Shown: in pieces, positions 47,580-56,435 of the stretch | How positions within the stretch are numbered: the first letter of the stretch is position 1 | How the letters are laid out: each line of letters opens with the position of its first letter | Source of the DNA: Alphaproteobacteria bacterium | GTDB lineage: Bacteria > Pseudomonadota > Alphaproteobacteria > Bin95 | Reading direction: 5' to 3' | DNA length: 64,000 nucleotides | NCBI GenBank assembly: GCA_963665325.3 | Contig: OZ224045.1 | Span: 512,001 to 576,000 of the forward strand | Position numbers and translations under genes: made by a program | The notes under the pieces: model-generated | Databases searched by the model: none | What the model was told of the DNA's origin: nothing | The model's input: the letters and a program-made list of their open reading frames with translations, nothing else

Positions 47580-48605
47580 CTACTGCGTGCGGGCGGCGGC
47601 CCAGCGGATGAAGGCAGGCGAGCGCTGAAGGTCTGGATCGCGCCGGATGCAGGACCCGACCAGGAACTCGCCGACCTCGCGGCGCAGGCGCTGGGCGTAG
47701 GTGACGATCGAGGCCAGCGTGATGTCGTCGGCCATGCGGTAGAGCGAGCCGCAGAGCGCGATCAGCGCGCTCGCATTGTCCGGCACGACCGCGTTCTCGG
47801 GATCGTCGAGCACAGCCTGGGGATGGGGCAGCTCGCGCCACACCGTGAGGAAGGCCGAGAACTCCACCGCCGCGGCCTCGCCCACGGTGCCCCGGAACAG
47901 CGCGCGCTCCACCGTCGGATCGAGATTGCCGCGCCGGTTGACGACGTTGGAGACTATCTCCCAGGTCCTGGGACAGCAGAACGCCTTCTCCTTCGCCTGC
48001 GGATCGAAGGCGTGCAGCAGATCCGGGCGCATCTGGATGTAGAACAGCACCTCCGGCGCGATGCCGTTCGCCGCCCCCCAGGCGAGCCAGTCCTCCGCGT
48101 CGACCCGGATCTCCAGGTGGACGAAGCGGGACGCCAGCGGCGTCGGCATCCGGTGCACCACGCCCCGGTCGCTCTCCCGGTTGCCGCAGGCGATCAGCGA
48201 GGCGCCTTCCGGCAGCTCGTATTCGCCCACCTTGCGGTCGAGCACGAGCTGGTAGAGCGCGGCCTGCACCATCGGCACGGCCGAGGGCAGCTCCTCCAGG
48301 TTGATGAGCCAGCGGCCGGGGTCGCCGGCGGGCGGCAGAAAGGCCGGCGGCGCCCAGCGGGTCCGCCCGTCCGCGTCGCGCCAGGGGATGCCGCGCAGGT
48401 CGACGGGGTCGAGCAGCAGCGCGCGCACGTCGACATAGCGGCGCGCGGCCCCGGCCGCGGTCTGTTGGGCGAGCGCGCTCTTGGCGCAGCCCGGAGCGCC
48501 CCACAAGATCGTGGGCTGGCGGGCTTCGACCAGCAGCGCCAGGGTGGCGGCGAGCTCGCTCGGGCGCAGCGTGTAGTCGGCGGAAACGGTGTCGGGATCG
48601 GTCAT
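47580..48605 (-). CDS. MoxR/CbbQ-like AAA+ ATPase
   Basis: GAPGCAKS, DLRGIP, LEEL, ACGNR, LASRF, PRTW. Confidence 0.9.
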   Translation of the reverse strand: MTDPDTVSADYTLRPSELAATLALLVEARQPTILWGAPGCAKSALAQQTAAGAARRYVDVRALLLDPVDLRGIPWRDADGRTRWAPPAFLPPAGDPGRWLINLEELPSAVPMVQAALYQLVLDRKVGEYELPEGASLIACGNRESDRGVVHRMPTPLASRFVHLEIRVDAEDWLAWGAANGIAPEVLFYIQMRPDLLHAFDPQAKEKAFCCPRTWEIVSNVVNRRGNLDPTVERALFRGTVGEAAAVEFSAFLTVWRELPHPQAVLDDPENAVVPDNASALIALCGSLYRMADDITLASIVTYAQRLRREVGEFLVGSCIRRDPDLQRSPAFIRWAAARTQ

Positions 48606-48757
48606 CGGCGGCCTCCGGATCGGCGGGATGGGCGCGCGGTCACCCCCTCCGGGGCTCCGTGCCTTCGACCGGCCGGCAGCGCCGCTCGGCTCGTCGCGGC
48701 CGGAGGCATGGGGCCGAAGCCGACAGCGGGGTGGCGGCGGGGTGCGGGACGCCGGGA

Positions 48758-49573
48758 TCAGGCGCTGTTCAGGCCGGTCGGGCCGTCATGGCCGGCGAAG
48801 GCCGGGGAGATGCCGGTCAGCTCCGGCAGCGGGACGCCGGACGGCGACAGGGTGTGGCCGATGCGGCGTTCGAGGGCGGCGTAATGCGCATAGAGCGCCG
48901 GCTGAAGCCGCGCGGCGGTGCGGAGATCGGTGCGCGAGGCCATGATGCAGAAGACGCAGGAGAGCCTGGACATGCCCATGGCGTAGGCCGGATGCGGCGA
49001 CTGTCCGGCGTCGCGGATGGCCCGGAAGACCTCGCGTTCGGTAAGGTCGAAGATCGGCAGCCAGTCGTACCAGCTGCGGCCCGCGCGGGAGTTGCGCTCG
49101 CTCAGGCGCCAGGGGGACTTCCTCGCACGGGCCGGGCTTTCCCCGGCGCGCATGCCCATGGCGCTGACGATCCTGCCGCCGAAGCGCGGGTTGGCCTTGA
49201 GGTAGCGGCGAAGTTCGCGCTCGATGGGTCCTCGTTTAAGCGAGCTGGTACACCACCGGACATTCGGGGAAGGAAACCGTCCCCGTTCCTCGATGCTGTC
49301 GAGCAGGGTCTTGCCGGAAGCGACCGGCGCGAGGATCAGGGGCATGCCTGGCGGGAGCGTCGCCCGGATGAACTCGACCGTGCCCGGCCATTCGACTTCG
49401 GCCAGCGGCGCATGGACGGCAACCAGCCGGTCGCGGGGGACGAGCCGCGACAGGAGGATCGTCATGGCTTGCGAGTCCTTGCCGCCGCTGGTCGAGATCG
49501 ACACGAGGGCGCCGGCCCGGATCATGTCCCGGCACTCGGGGAGAATGTGGATTTCAGCGATGCGGCTGGACAT
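48758..49573 (-). CDS. PAPS-reductase-family (PP-loop) protein
   Basis: SGGKDS, RWCTSSLK, GMRAGES..R, LPI, HPAY, RLSCVFC. Confidence 0.9.
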   Translation of the reverse strand: MSSRIAEIHILPECRDMIRAGALVSISTSGGKDSQAMTILLSRLVPRDRLVAVHAPLAEVEWPGTVEFIRATLPPGMPLILAPVASGKTLLDSIEERGRFPSPNVRWCTSSLKRGPIERELRRYLKANPRFGGRIVSAMGMRAGESPARARKSPWRLSERNSRAGRSWYDWLPIFDLTEREVFRAIRDAGQSPHPAYAMGMSRLSCVFCIMASRTDLRTAARLQPALYAHYAALERRIGHTLSPSGVPLPELTGISPAFAGHDGPTGLNSA

Positions 49574-49967
49574 GGATCGGTCTCCCCGGCGGTGGCGTGG
49601 AAGGCCGCTCCGCGGCCCGGAATGCGCCCCGCCGAGGCCGGCCACTGCCTCCTGGCGGCGCCATGCGGCCGGGGGATTGAACGTCGAGCGATGGGGAGAT
49701 GCTCCGGCGGAAGCGCGTCGCAACCGCTGATGGCTCGTTTCGAGCGTCGGGAAGACGGCGCAAGGACCGTTCGGGCGCCCGGACTTCGCCCCGGTCGCGC
49801 CGGTCCCCCTGGGTGGCGATCGCGGCGGTTGCGAGGCGTGGCGCCGGAGTGCTAACTGCCGGTCACGCGCGGCCGGCGGCTGCGACCGGAAACGGGGTGA
49901 AACTCGCCTTCGGCGGAAGGAGAGCCGGCGTTTCGGTAGATGCGAGACAGAGGGGGTGGTTACCGTC

Positions 49968-50357
49968 ATGGACGCGAAGGCACGCCGGAATGTTCCGGCC
50001 TTTGTCAGAATCCTGGCGCTGATGTGCGTCAGGCAATCGATGCTCGAAACCCTGCACGAGGGCCTCAGCCCGATCACCCGGACCGGGGACTATTCGGACG
50101 TGGTGGTTGTCGATGCCGAAGGGCAGCGCATCCCCTGGCCGGAGGTGTCGCGGTTCGACGACAACGAAATGCGCGACCTGATGCGCGAAATCGTGAACAA
50201 GCTCTACACGTTCTTCATCAAGGCCGAGGACCCTGATTTCAAGGCGTGGACCGATTTCGTGCGGCCGCACAGCTACCACTGGGACAGGCCGAAGATCGAC
50301 AAGGTTCTGATGCACCATGTGAAGGTATACGCCCGCGGCCGCGCCAAGAAAGGCTGA
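49968..50357 (+). CDS. Conserved hypothetical protein
   Basis: Well-formed ORF with typical codon usage; start at 49956 or 49968. Confidence 0.7.
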   Translation: MDAKARRNVPAFVRILALMCVRQSMLETLHEGLSPITRTGDYSDVVVVDAEGQRIPWPEVSRFDDNEMRDLMREIVNKLYTFFIKAEDPDFKAWTDFVRPHSYHWDRPKIDKVLMHHVKVYARGRAKKG

Positions 50358-50416
50358 AGCGGATCCGGCACGGTCGGATGGCGAATGCGCGATGGCGCGG
50401 GATCGGAGGAACCGGG

Positions 50417-51604
50417 GTGATCAAGAAATCGGCGATCGTCGCTCGCGTGGCCGCGCGGATGGGTCTGGACAAGTTCACGGCAGGAGGTGCTGTCGACACT
50501 GTATTCGAGGCGATCGCCGAGGGGCTCGCAAAGGAAGAGGAAGTGCGGATCGCCGGGTTCGGCGTTTTCGGGACGCGAAGCCGTGCCGCGCGTACCGGCA
50601 GGAATCCGCGCACCGGCGAGAGCGTGGCGATAGCGGCTTCGAAATCGCCGTCGTTCAAGGCGGCGAAACGGCTGCGGGAGGCGGTGAAGCGGGGCTGGCA
50701 GGAAGAGCGGGCGGAACCGGGTGACGACCGCCATGGCCGGCCCGGCGGCGCCGGCGCGATGCTGGAGATGTCGGACTGGCCGGGCGGCGTGGAGCCGGTC
50801 TGGACCCTGCTGGAGCCGGAAAGCATGGAGGCGCTGCGGGCCGAGCCCCTGGCGGACAACCCGACACTGCGTCTCGCGGCCGGTCTGCCCGACGAGGCGT
50901 TCGCGGAGTCGGCGTTCGTGCGCAATGCGTCGATCGCGCTGCGGTGCATAAACGACGAATTCTTGCCGAGGTTCACCGAGAAGGGGCATTTCGGGCGCGA
51001 CATGGTCGCGTCGATGCGCGAGGCGATGACCTGGCCCGGAATGGAGGCAACCGAGGAGCTCCGGTCGGGAAAGGCGCTGCGCCAGGGCGACGTGTGGGAG
51101 CTTCATCTGCTGCATCGGCTGATGGAGCTGGCCGGGCTCATGGACGGGCAGGCGTTCCTGGGCCAGTTGACCGCGTTGGGGCGCGAGATGCTCGGACCGG
51201 GAAGATGGGGCGCCCTCCAGGCGCTCCTGTTCAGGCATCTCTTCTGGCGCGCGGACCTCTCGGAGTTCGTGGAGACGTTTCCTCGCGGGCTGCCCGGCCG
51301 GTGGCCGCAGGACGATATCGGCGTGATCCTCTGGGGGCTCTCGAACGTGGCCGGGGAGTGGCAGAGCGCGGACACGCTCAGGACGCTGACCGCGGTTCGC
51401 GACGAATCGGTGGCGGGACTGCACTGGAACGCGGAGGGCACGATGTTCGCGGGCCGGGTGCTGCAACCGCTGCGCTGGTTCGGGCTGCTGGAATACAGGG
51501 GGCCTCCCGAGAGGGCCGAGGTGGGCTGGCGCAAGACCGCCCTCTTCGACCGCTTCCTGTCGTTCGATGTCCGCCTCTCCCGGGAGCGCGGGACGGGTCA
51601 CTGA
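50417..51604 (+). CDS. HU/IHF domain fused to a ~300 aa unknown domain
   Basis: VRIAGFGVF...R.GRNPRTGE...FKA.K.L.EAV in the first 90 aa, no stop afterwards; GGAGG RBS before GTG. Confidence 0.82.
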   Translation: MIKKSAIVARVAARMGLDKFTAGGAVDTVFEAIAEGLAKEEEVRIAGFGVFGTRSRAARTGRNPRTGESVAIAASKSPSFKAAKRLREAVKRGWQEERAEPGDDRHGRPGGAGAMLEMSDWPGGVEPVWTLLEPESMEALRAEPLADNPTLRLAAGLPDEAFAESAFVRNASIALRCINDEFLPRFTEKGHFGRDMVASMREAMTWPGMEATEELRSGKALRQGDVWELHLLHRLMELAGLMDGQAFLGQLTALGREMLGPGRWGALQALLFRHLFWRADLSEFVETFPRGLPGRWPQDDIGVILWGLSNVAGEWQSADTLRTLTAVRDESVAGLHWNAEGTMFAGRVLQPLRWFGLLEYRGPPERAEVGWRKTALFDRFLSFDVRLSRERGTGH

Positions 51605-51831
51605 ACCTGGCCTGCAGCGACAAAGGTGGGCGCGGCATTGGGCGCTACGCGGCACGCAGGGCTCGATGGCAAAACCCGGCAGGGGCCGCTATTCGGGCGG
51701 AAGGGGGGCGGAAGTGCCGCTGCCGGGATCGAAAGGGCGGGGAGTTCGTGCTATCCGTGGGGTCGGCTCAGGCTATGGTCTATCGGGCGTCCCGGACGTT
51801 CGGCCAACGTGACAACGCAGGGAGAGAGCGG

Positions 51832-52119
51832 ATGAACAAGTCGGAGATTGCCGGTCATGTTGCCGACCGCACCGGAGTCGGCAGGTGGGCGGCCGGAGAG
51901 GCCGTGGATGCAGCATTTGCTGCGATCGCGGAGGCTCTGGCCAGGGGCGAGGATGTGCGGATCGCCGGATTCGGGACCTTCGGCACCAGAAACCGGCCCG
52001 CTCGCACGGGGCGCAATCCGAGAACCGGCGAGAGCCTGAACATCGCCGCCTCGACCGCACCGACATTCAAGCCCGGCAAGCCATTGAAGGATGCCGTGAA
52101 CGCGGGAAATGCGTCGTAA
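51832..52119 (+). CDS. hup: HU family DNA-binding protein
   Basis: MNKSE, VRIAGFGTF, GRNPRTGE, FKPGKPLKDAVN. Confidence 0.93.
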   Translation: MNKSEIAGHVADRTGVGRWAAGEAVDAAFAAIAEALARGEDVRIAGFGTFGTRNRPARTGRNPRTGESLNIAASTAPTFKPGKPLKDAVNAGNAS

Positions 52120-52538
52120 GTCGGATACATCCGGGTTCCATGACAGCCGAGGACATGGATGCCCCCGAGGTTGAAACCGACCGGTTGCTATCCGATGACG
52201 AACACCGCCGGGGTCGAATACCGAGCTTACGGCAAGGTCAACAACTGAGCGGGTTTGACTTCTCGCAACCTGCCCACCGGGTGCGAGGCTTGCATATCAG
52301 GCAAGAAGATACTGGAGGCGCGTGGAATTGATGTCGGGCAAAGGCCGCCGGAGAGGACCTGGATGTTGGAGTCACGCTCTTGCGATACGATAGCGGGCGG
52401 CTTCGGGAATTCGCCGGATGGAGGAATGAGTCTAGGGGCGGCGCGGGACCTAGCACTGTAAAGTACCATACAGACAAAATGTGTGCGAGACTCTAGGCGA
52501 GTCGAGTCACTAGACGTGGAGACTCTTGGAGCAGGTGG

Positions 52539-54059
52539 ATGAGCCAACGTGCCGGACGCACAGCGCAGGACGAGTTCAAATTATTTTGCTCCCGCGCTGG
52601 AATAACTTGCAATAGTTCTTCAGAGGACGATCATGGTTGGGATTTCCTAATTGAAATTGAGCCGAACAAGGATGCCAAGGCTCCAGCGGATAAACAAAGG
52701 GCTATAAGGAAGGCGTTCGTTCAAGCTAAGTCGACTAACGGGAATAGCCCTAAGACAAGAATGAAGGTCAGTAACGCACTTAAACTAGCGAAAGATGAGC
52801 TGCCGTGCTTTGTGGTTTTGTTTCATTACGACAGAACAGGTGGCAGTCGTATATATGTGCAGCATTTTTGGACTGACCTGATTGAGCGCGCTCTGAAACG
52901 TGGTCGGCAGGCTAGTGCGAAGAACAAGGACACGCACAAGTCATGGATGGAAATCAGTTTCTCTGAACAAGATGAAAAGAGCAAAGATCCCGTAGGCTGG
53001 ATATCGTCTATTGTACGAGAATGTTCCGAGGAATACAGCGCCGAGAAACGTCTATTGTACCAAAAGCTGGGTTATGAGAACCGCAACTATCGCGCGGAAG
53101 TCACCTTTGGTCCCCTAAGTGTGGTAGAGGACATTATCGATCATGAGTTGGGACTAACGGATGCTTTACCGGTTTCAAGAGTACGTCTAATTGATTCGCG
53201 ATTCGGCATTGATGCCCCGGTACCAATCCTCGACAGTGAACACGCAACAATGCAAATTCGGCCCAGCGACAATATTGATTGTAACGTGGTGTTACAAGAG
53301 ACAGACGGAGATCTCATTTCTTTTGAAGCCGTTATGAGGATTCCAGGCATGTTGAAGGTGCCCTCGGATAAGTTCAAAATGGTGGTAGAAAGTTGGTGTT
53401 TCGTAGCTGTCGTTTCGAACCGCGAAGGCATAAAGATAGATATCAAGGATTTGTGGAATGAAAAGTTGTCGGCGGAGGAGTTAAGTGAAGCTGCAAAATT
53501 GCGCTCGTGGGGTGGAAAGACGGTGTCAATGAAGTTCTTAGGGAGCAATATACCCCCTTTGAATTTACATGGACAATTTGCTGCGATTGGAGATGAGGCA
53601 ATATTTAGTGAACTGTCAAAGACAGCGATGGTTTTAGGATACATGCAATCCCGTTCCGGTTTTAGTGGTCCCAGTCATTCGTTGGAAGAGCTCTACCAGG
53701 GCTTGCGAGAACTGTCATTTTGGAACGGCTTCTTGAACGCTCAGGATGTGAAGCTTGTGAGTAAAGTCGGCACTGGTTTTAAAAGTGATATTTCAATCGT
53801 AGGCGTTCTAGGTTTTTTCGAATTTCGGGTAGGAGGGTTATACTACTTCCTGGTCTTCGATGCTCCGGTTGTGCATCGACCTACCGACCAGAATGGGATG
53901 GCACTGGACTTTGGGACGAGAGTAGTACGGGACTGCTATGTGAATCATGATTCGGAAAAGGTCAGACGTGCCGGGAAGCAAGCGCATGAAGTCGAGGCGT
54001 CCAGTAGAGGAGATGACTGGCTAGATCTGGGCGATCTGCGATTGGTTTTGGGAATGTGA
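52539..54059 (+). CDS. DUF4365-like PD-(D/E)xK nuclease domain protein, low GC
   Basis: G..A...F, DDHGWDFLIE, FVQAKST; markedly AT-richer than the flanks. Confidence 0.7.
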   Translation: MSQRAGRTAQDEFKLFCSRAGITCNSSSEDDHGWDFLIEIEPNKDAKAPADKQRAIRKAFVQAKSTNGNSPKTRMKVSNALKLAKDELPCFVVLFHYDRTGGSRIYVQHFWTDLIERALKRGRQASAKNKDTHKSWMEISFSEQDEKSKDPVGWISSIVRECSEEYSAEKRLLYQKLGYENRNYRAEVTFGPLSVVEDIIDHELGLTDALPVSRVRLIDSRFGIDAPVPILDSEHATMQIRPSDNIDCNVVLQETDGDLISFEAVMRIPGMLKVPSDKFKMVVESWCFVAVVSNREGIKIDIKDLWNEKLSAEELSEAAKLRSWGGKTVSMKFLGSNIPPLNLHGQFAAIGDEAIFSELSKTAMVLGYMQSRSGFSGPSHSLEELYQGLRELSFWNGFLNAQDVKLVSKVGTGFKSDISIVGVLGFFEFRVGGLYYFLVFDAPVVHRPTDQNGMALDFGTRVVRDCYVNHDSEKVRRAGKQAHEVEASSRGDDWLDLGDLRLVLGM

Positions 54060-54123
54060 CGTGGAAAGGCTGTTTGGGGCGGCTAGATTTGGTAGAAGTG
54101 CTGAGATGCAGCAGGGGTTTAGA

Positions 54124-55359
54124 TCATTTAGACCCTGAGGCAGAAAAGCTGAGCGTCTCAAGGAACGCGATAACCATTGTAACCTCTTGGTCAGCGAGGA
54201 CACCGATCAGTGTAAAATCGTCACCGACCGCGGCCATTCTCTTGTAGTACTCGTGGCGTGATAGCGTGGTCATCGCATCAGTATCCAAGTTTCGAAGCGG
54301 ATCGTAGTGCGCTACAATTGCATCACGAAGAGCGGAAAGAGACCCGGAGTGACCATAGGGCGGCGTGGATGCAACATTGAAGAGCGGCGGTGTTCGGAAC
54401 TTGTATAGATCGTCGGGGTCGAAGGTGACATTGAAACGACCGTAATCGATACCGAAGCCGTTCTTCCCGACTCCGAGCTGTGGGAATGGTACAGCGTGGA
54501 ACCGGAGGTCGGAGAAATAAGGGCCGGTGTGGCAATTTACGCACTTCCCTTTGCCATAAAAGATCAAGCCGCCTTGGATTTCGTCAGGGGAAAGTTGGCC
54601 GTCTCCGAAGACAAACCGATGAAAGTCGGTATCGCGCAGGCGGAACTCCGAGCGTATGAAGGCGGCGATCGACCGTGCCACATCGGCAAAGGCAATCTCT
54701 GGCAGCGGTTTGTCCAGGCTGGAGGCGAGATCCTCCATCGCCGCCCGTTCCGTGTCGACAAGGCGAGTCAGGATCCGGGCATACAGGCGCTCCGCTTGTT
54801 CCGGGGATTCCGTTTTGAATCGCGATAGATCGGCGTCGTCGTCGATCATCTCGCGAATTTCGACGGGGGGCAGGTGGACCGCGATCAGCAGTGGATCGGA
54901 TGAGGGAACATCGGCTCCGAACTGGCTTAGCGGTCGCGGCCCGGAGAAGTCGACCTTGCCGTCCCAGAAGAAGACGTCGAAGCCCTGGCCCCCACGCCCC
55001 CAGAGGGGGAGTGTATTCCGTGGAACGATCTTCCCGTCGCTGAATGCGCGCGCAGGTCCCTCGCCGGTACCGAAGATGCCCACCGCATTCGGCAAGCCAT
55101 CGCCCGATCCGAAGGCGTCGAGATGACATGTCCGACAAGCAATCCGGCCGTTCAGGCTCAGGTTCTTGCTTTCGAAGAATGCCCTGCCGACAGCCGCCAG
55201 ATGCTCATCGGTATCCACGAAGAGCTGTTTGGCCGGGAGAAGGCCGTTGGCGAGGGCTGCGGTACGCAGGATCTCGGAAAACGACTTGTCAGCGGCACTG
55301 GCCGCGGTCCCGATGGTGAGTGCGATGGCGGCAAGGAGTAGGCTAATAGCGGATTTCAT
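54124..55359 (-). CDS. His-Xaa-Ser system MauG-like di-heme cytochrome c peroxidase
   Basis: Signal peptide, CRTCH and CVNCH heme motifs, RNT..L, FWDG, FRTPPL.NV..T.PYGH.G. Confidence 0.9.
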   Translation of the reverse strand: MKSAISLLLAAIALTIGTAASAADKSFSEILRTAALANGLLPAKQLFVDTDEHLAAVGRAFFESKNLSLNGRIACRTCHLDAFGSGDGLPNAVGIFGTGEGPARAFSDGKIVPRNTLPLWGRGGQGFDVFFWDGKVDFSGPRPLSQFGADVPSSDPLLIAVHLPPVEIREMIDDDADLSRFKTESPEQAERLYARILTRLVDTERAAMEDLASSLDKPLPEIAFADVARSIAAFIRSEFRLRDTDFHRFVFGDGQLSPDEIQGGLIFYGKGKCVNCHTGPYFSDLRFHAVPFPQLGVGKNGFGIDYGRFNVTFDPDDLYKFRTPPLFNVASTPPYGHSGSLSALRDAIVAHYDPLRNLDTDAMTTLSRHEYYKRMAAVGDDFTLIGVLADQEVTMVIAFLETLSFSASGSK

Positions 55360-55726
55360 GGATCTCGACGAACTTTCGGATGTCCGTGGCGCGTTCTTCG
55401 ATTGCTTCCAGACCGATGCGGGCAAGCGCGTTTTCGGAAAGTCCCCAGCGGATCATTTCCTTTCGCATCTTGTCGTATTCGTGGCAGGTGGTCAGGCCGA
55501 CTTCGGCGGCCTCCAGGTTGCGAATCGTCTCTTCGGTCGTCGAGGCTAGCACCATTTGCTTGGCGATGAAGTGTTCGCGCATGACGTGGTCGCACTGATA
55601 CATCAGATCCTTGTACTTCTCCTCGTAAACGGCTTCCGCAATCACGGGCGCCAGGTAGCGGTCGGCGCCGAAGGCGAGCACGATGAGAACGGCCAATGCA
55701 TTCAGGGGAAGCAGCACGCGCGTCAT
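55343..55726 (-). CDS. His-Xaa-Ser system-associated protein (TIGR03982-like)
   Basis: N-terminal TM, CD.VMREHFIAK, AEVGL..C.EYDK.RK; overlaps the MauG-like start. Confidence 0.8.
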   Translation of the reverse strand: MTRVLLPLNALAVLIVLAFGADRYLAPVIAEAVYEEKYKDLMYQCDHVMREHFIAKQMVLASTTEETIRNLEAAEVGLTTCHEYDKMRKEMIRWGLSENALARIGLEAIEERATDIRKFVEIHEIRY

Positions 55727-56181
55727 TTCGGGGCTATTCCCAGTGACCGGAGCGTTGCCTGGTCGAGAGTACCGGAAGACGGGATGCCGTGCGCGCGCTG
55801 GTACCGGAATAGCGCGGCCTTGAATTTCGCGGTGGTGCGGCCGTCCAGGCGGCCGACAGGATATCCGAGCCGGAGCAGGACGGCCTTCGCCAGACTGACG
55901 AAGGGACGCTCATCGGAATGTTCTCGATCGGGGGCAATCGCGGGACTGGCAGGCAGCACCGAGGTTGGCGGGGTGCTCCGCTCGTTACGGTGGCTGGGGG
56001 TCGTGGTGGAATCCTCAGACGAAGCCGGGGCGAGGGAGGACGGGGCGTCGGAACGCGCGGGATGCTGAACGGAGACAATGATCGCAATGGCCGCGATCAG
56101 TCGAGCAGAATGTACTACCGGGTGCCTCGGCATTCTTGGCCTGATGGGAGCAATGGTCATGGGCGCCGCGCACAGCACCAT
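55723..56181 (-). CDS. Secreted peptidoglycan-binding-domain protein
   Basis: L.RLGY....DG....K.AL..YQ..HG....G.LD..TL..L; start uncertain. Confidence 0.75.
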   Translation of the reverse strand: MVLCAAPMTIAPIRPRMPRHPVVHSARLIAAIAIIVSVQHPARSDAPSSLAPASSEDSTTTPSHRNERSTPPTSVLPASPAIAPDREHSDERPFVSLAKAVLLRLGYPVGRLDGRTTAKFKAALFRYQRAHGIPSSGTLDQATLRSLGIAPK

Positions 56182-56435
56182 CTGTTCCGAACGGTGGTCA
56201 AGCTAACCCACCTGACCAGCGGTGCAAGGGATGAGGTGATGCGTCCGGGCGGCGAGTCTGCCGGTTGGGGTCCGTCTTGGCTGTGGTCAGCTGCTTCGGA
56301 TTGGCGGGTTCCGAGGAAAGGGATGCGAAGGTGCGGATGCGCGGGTATAGGAAGGCTACTTCGGTCCCAGGGCCGGATCGGAACGAACTGATTCGCGCAT
56401 TCAATGAGGCACACCGATATAAGGGAGACCAACGC

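Larger units (their letters stand above)
1..49573. mobile_element. F-type (MPF-F, MOBF) conjugative element backbone
   Basis: tra operon, coupling protein, relaxase, oriT and leading region; element ends are not visible in the window. Confidence 0.9.

Noticed and set aside
52140-52530. Short ORFs between hup and the DUF4365-like gene
   Set aside because: No consistent codon bias or motifs; probably intergenic or decayed.
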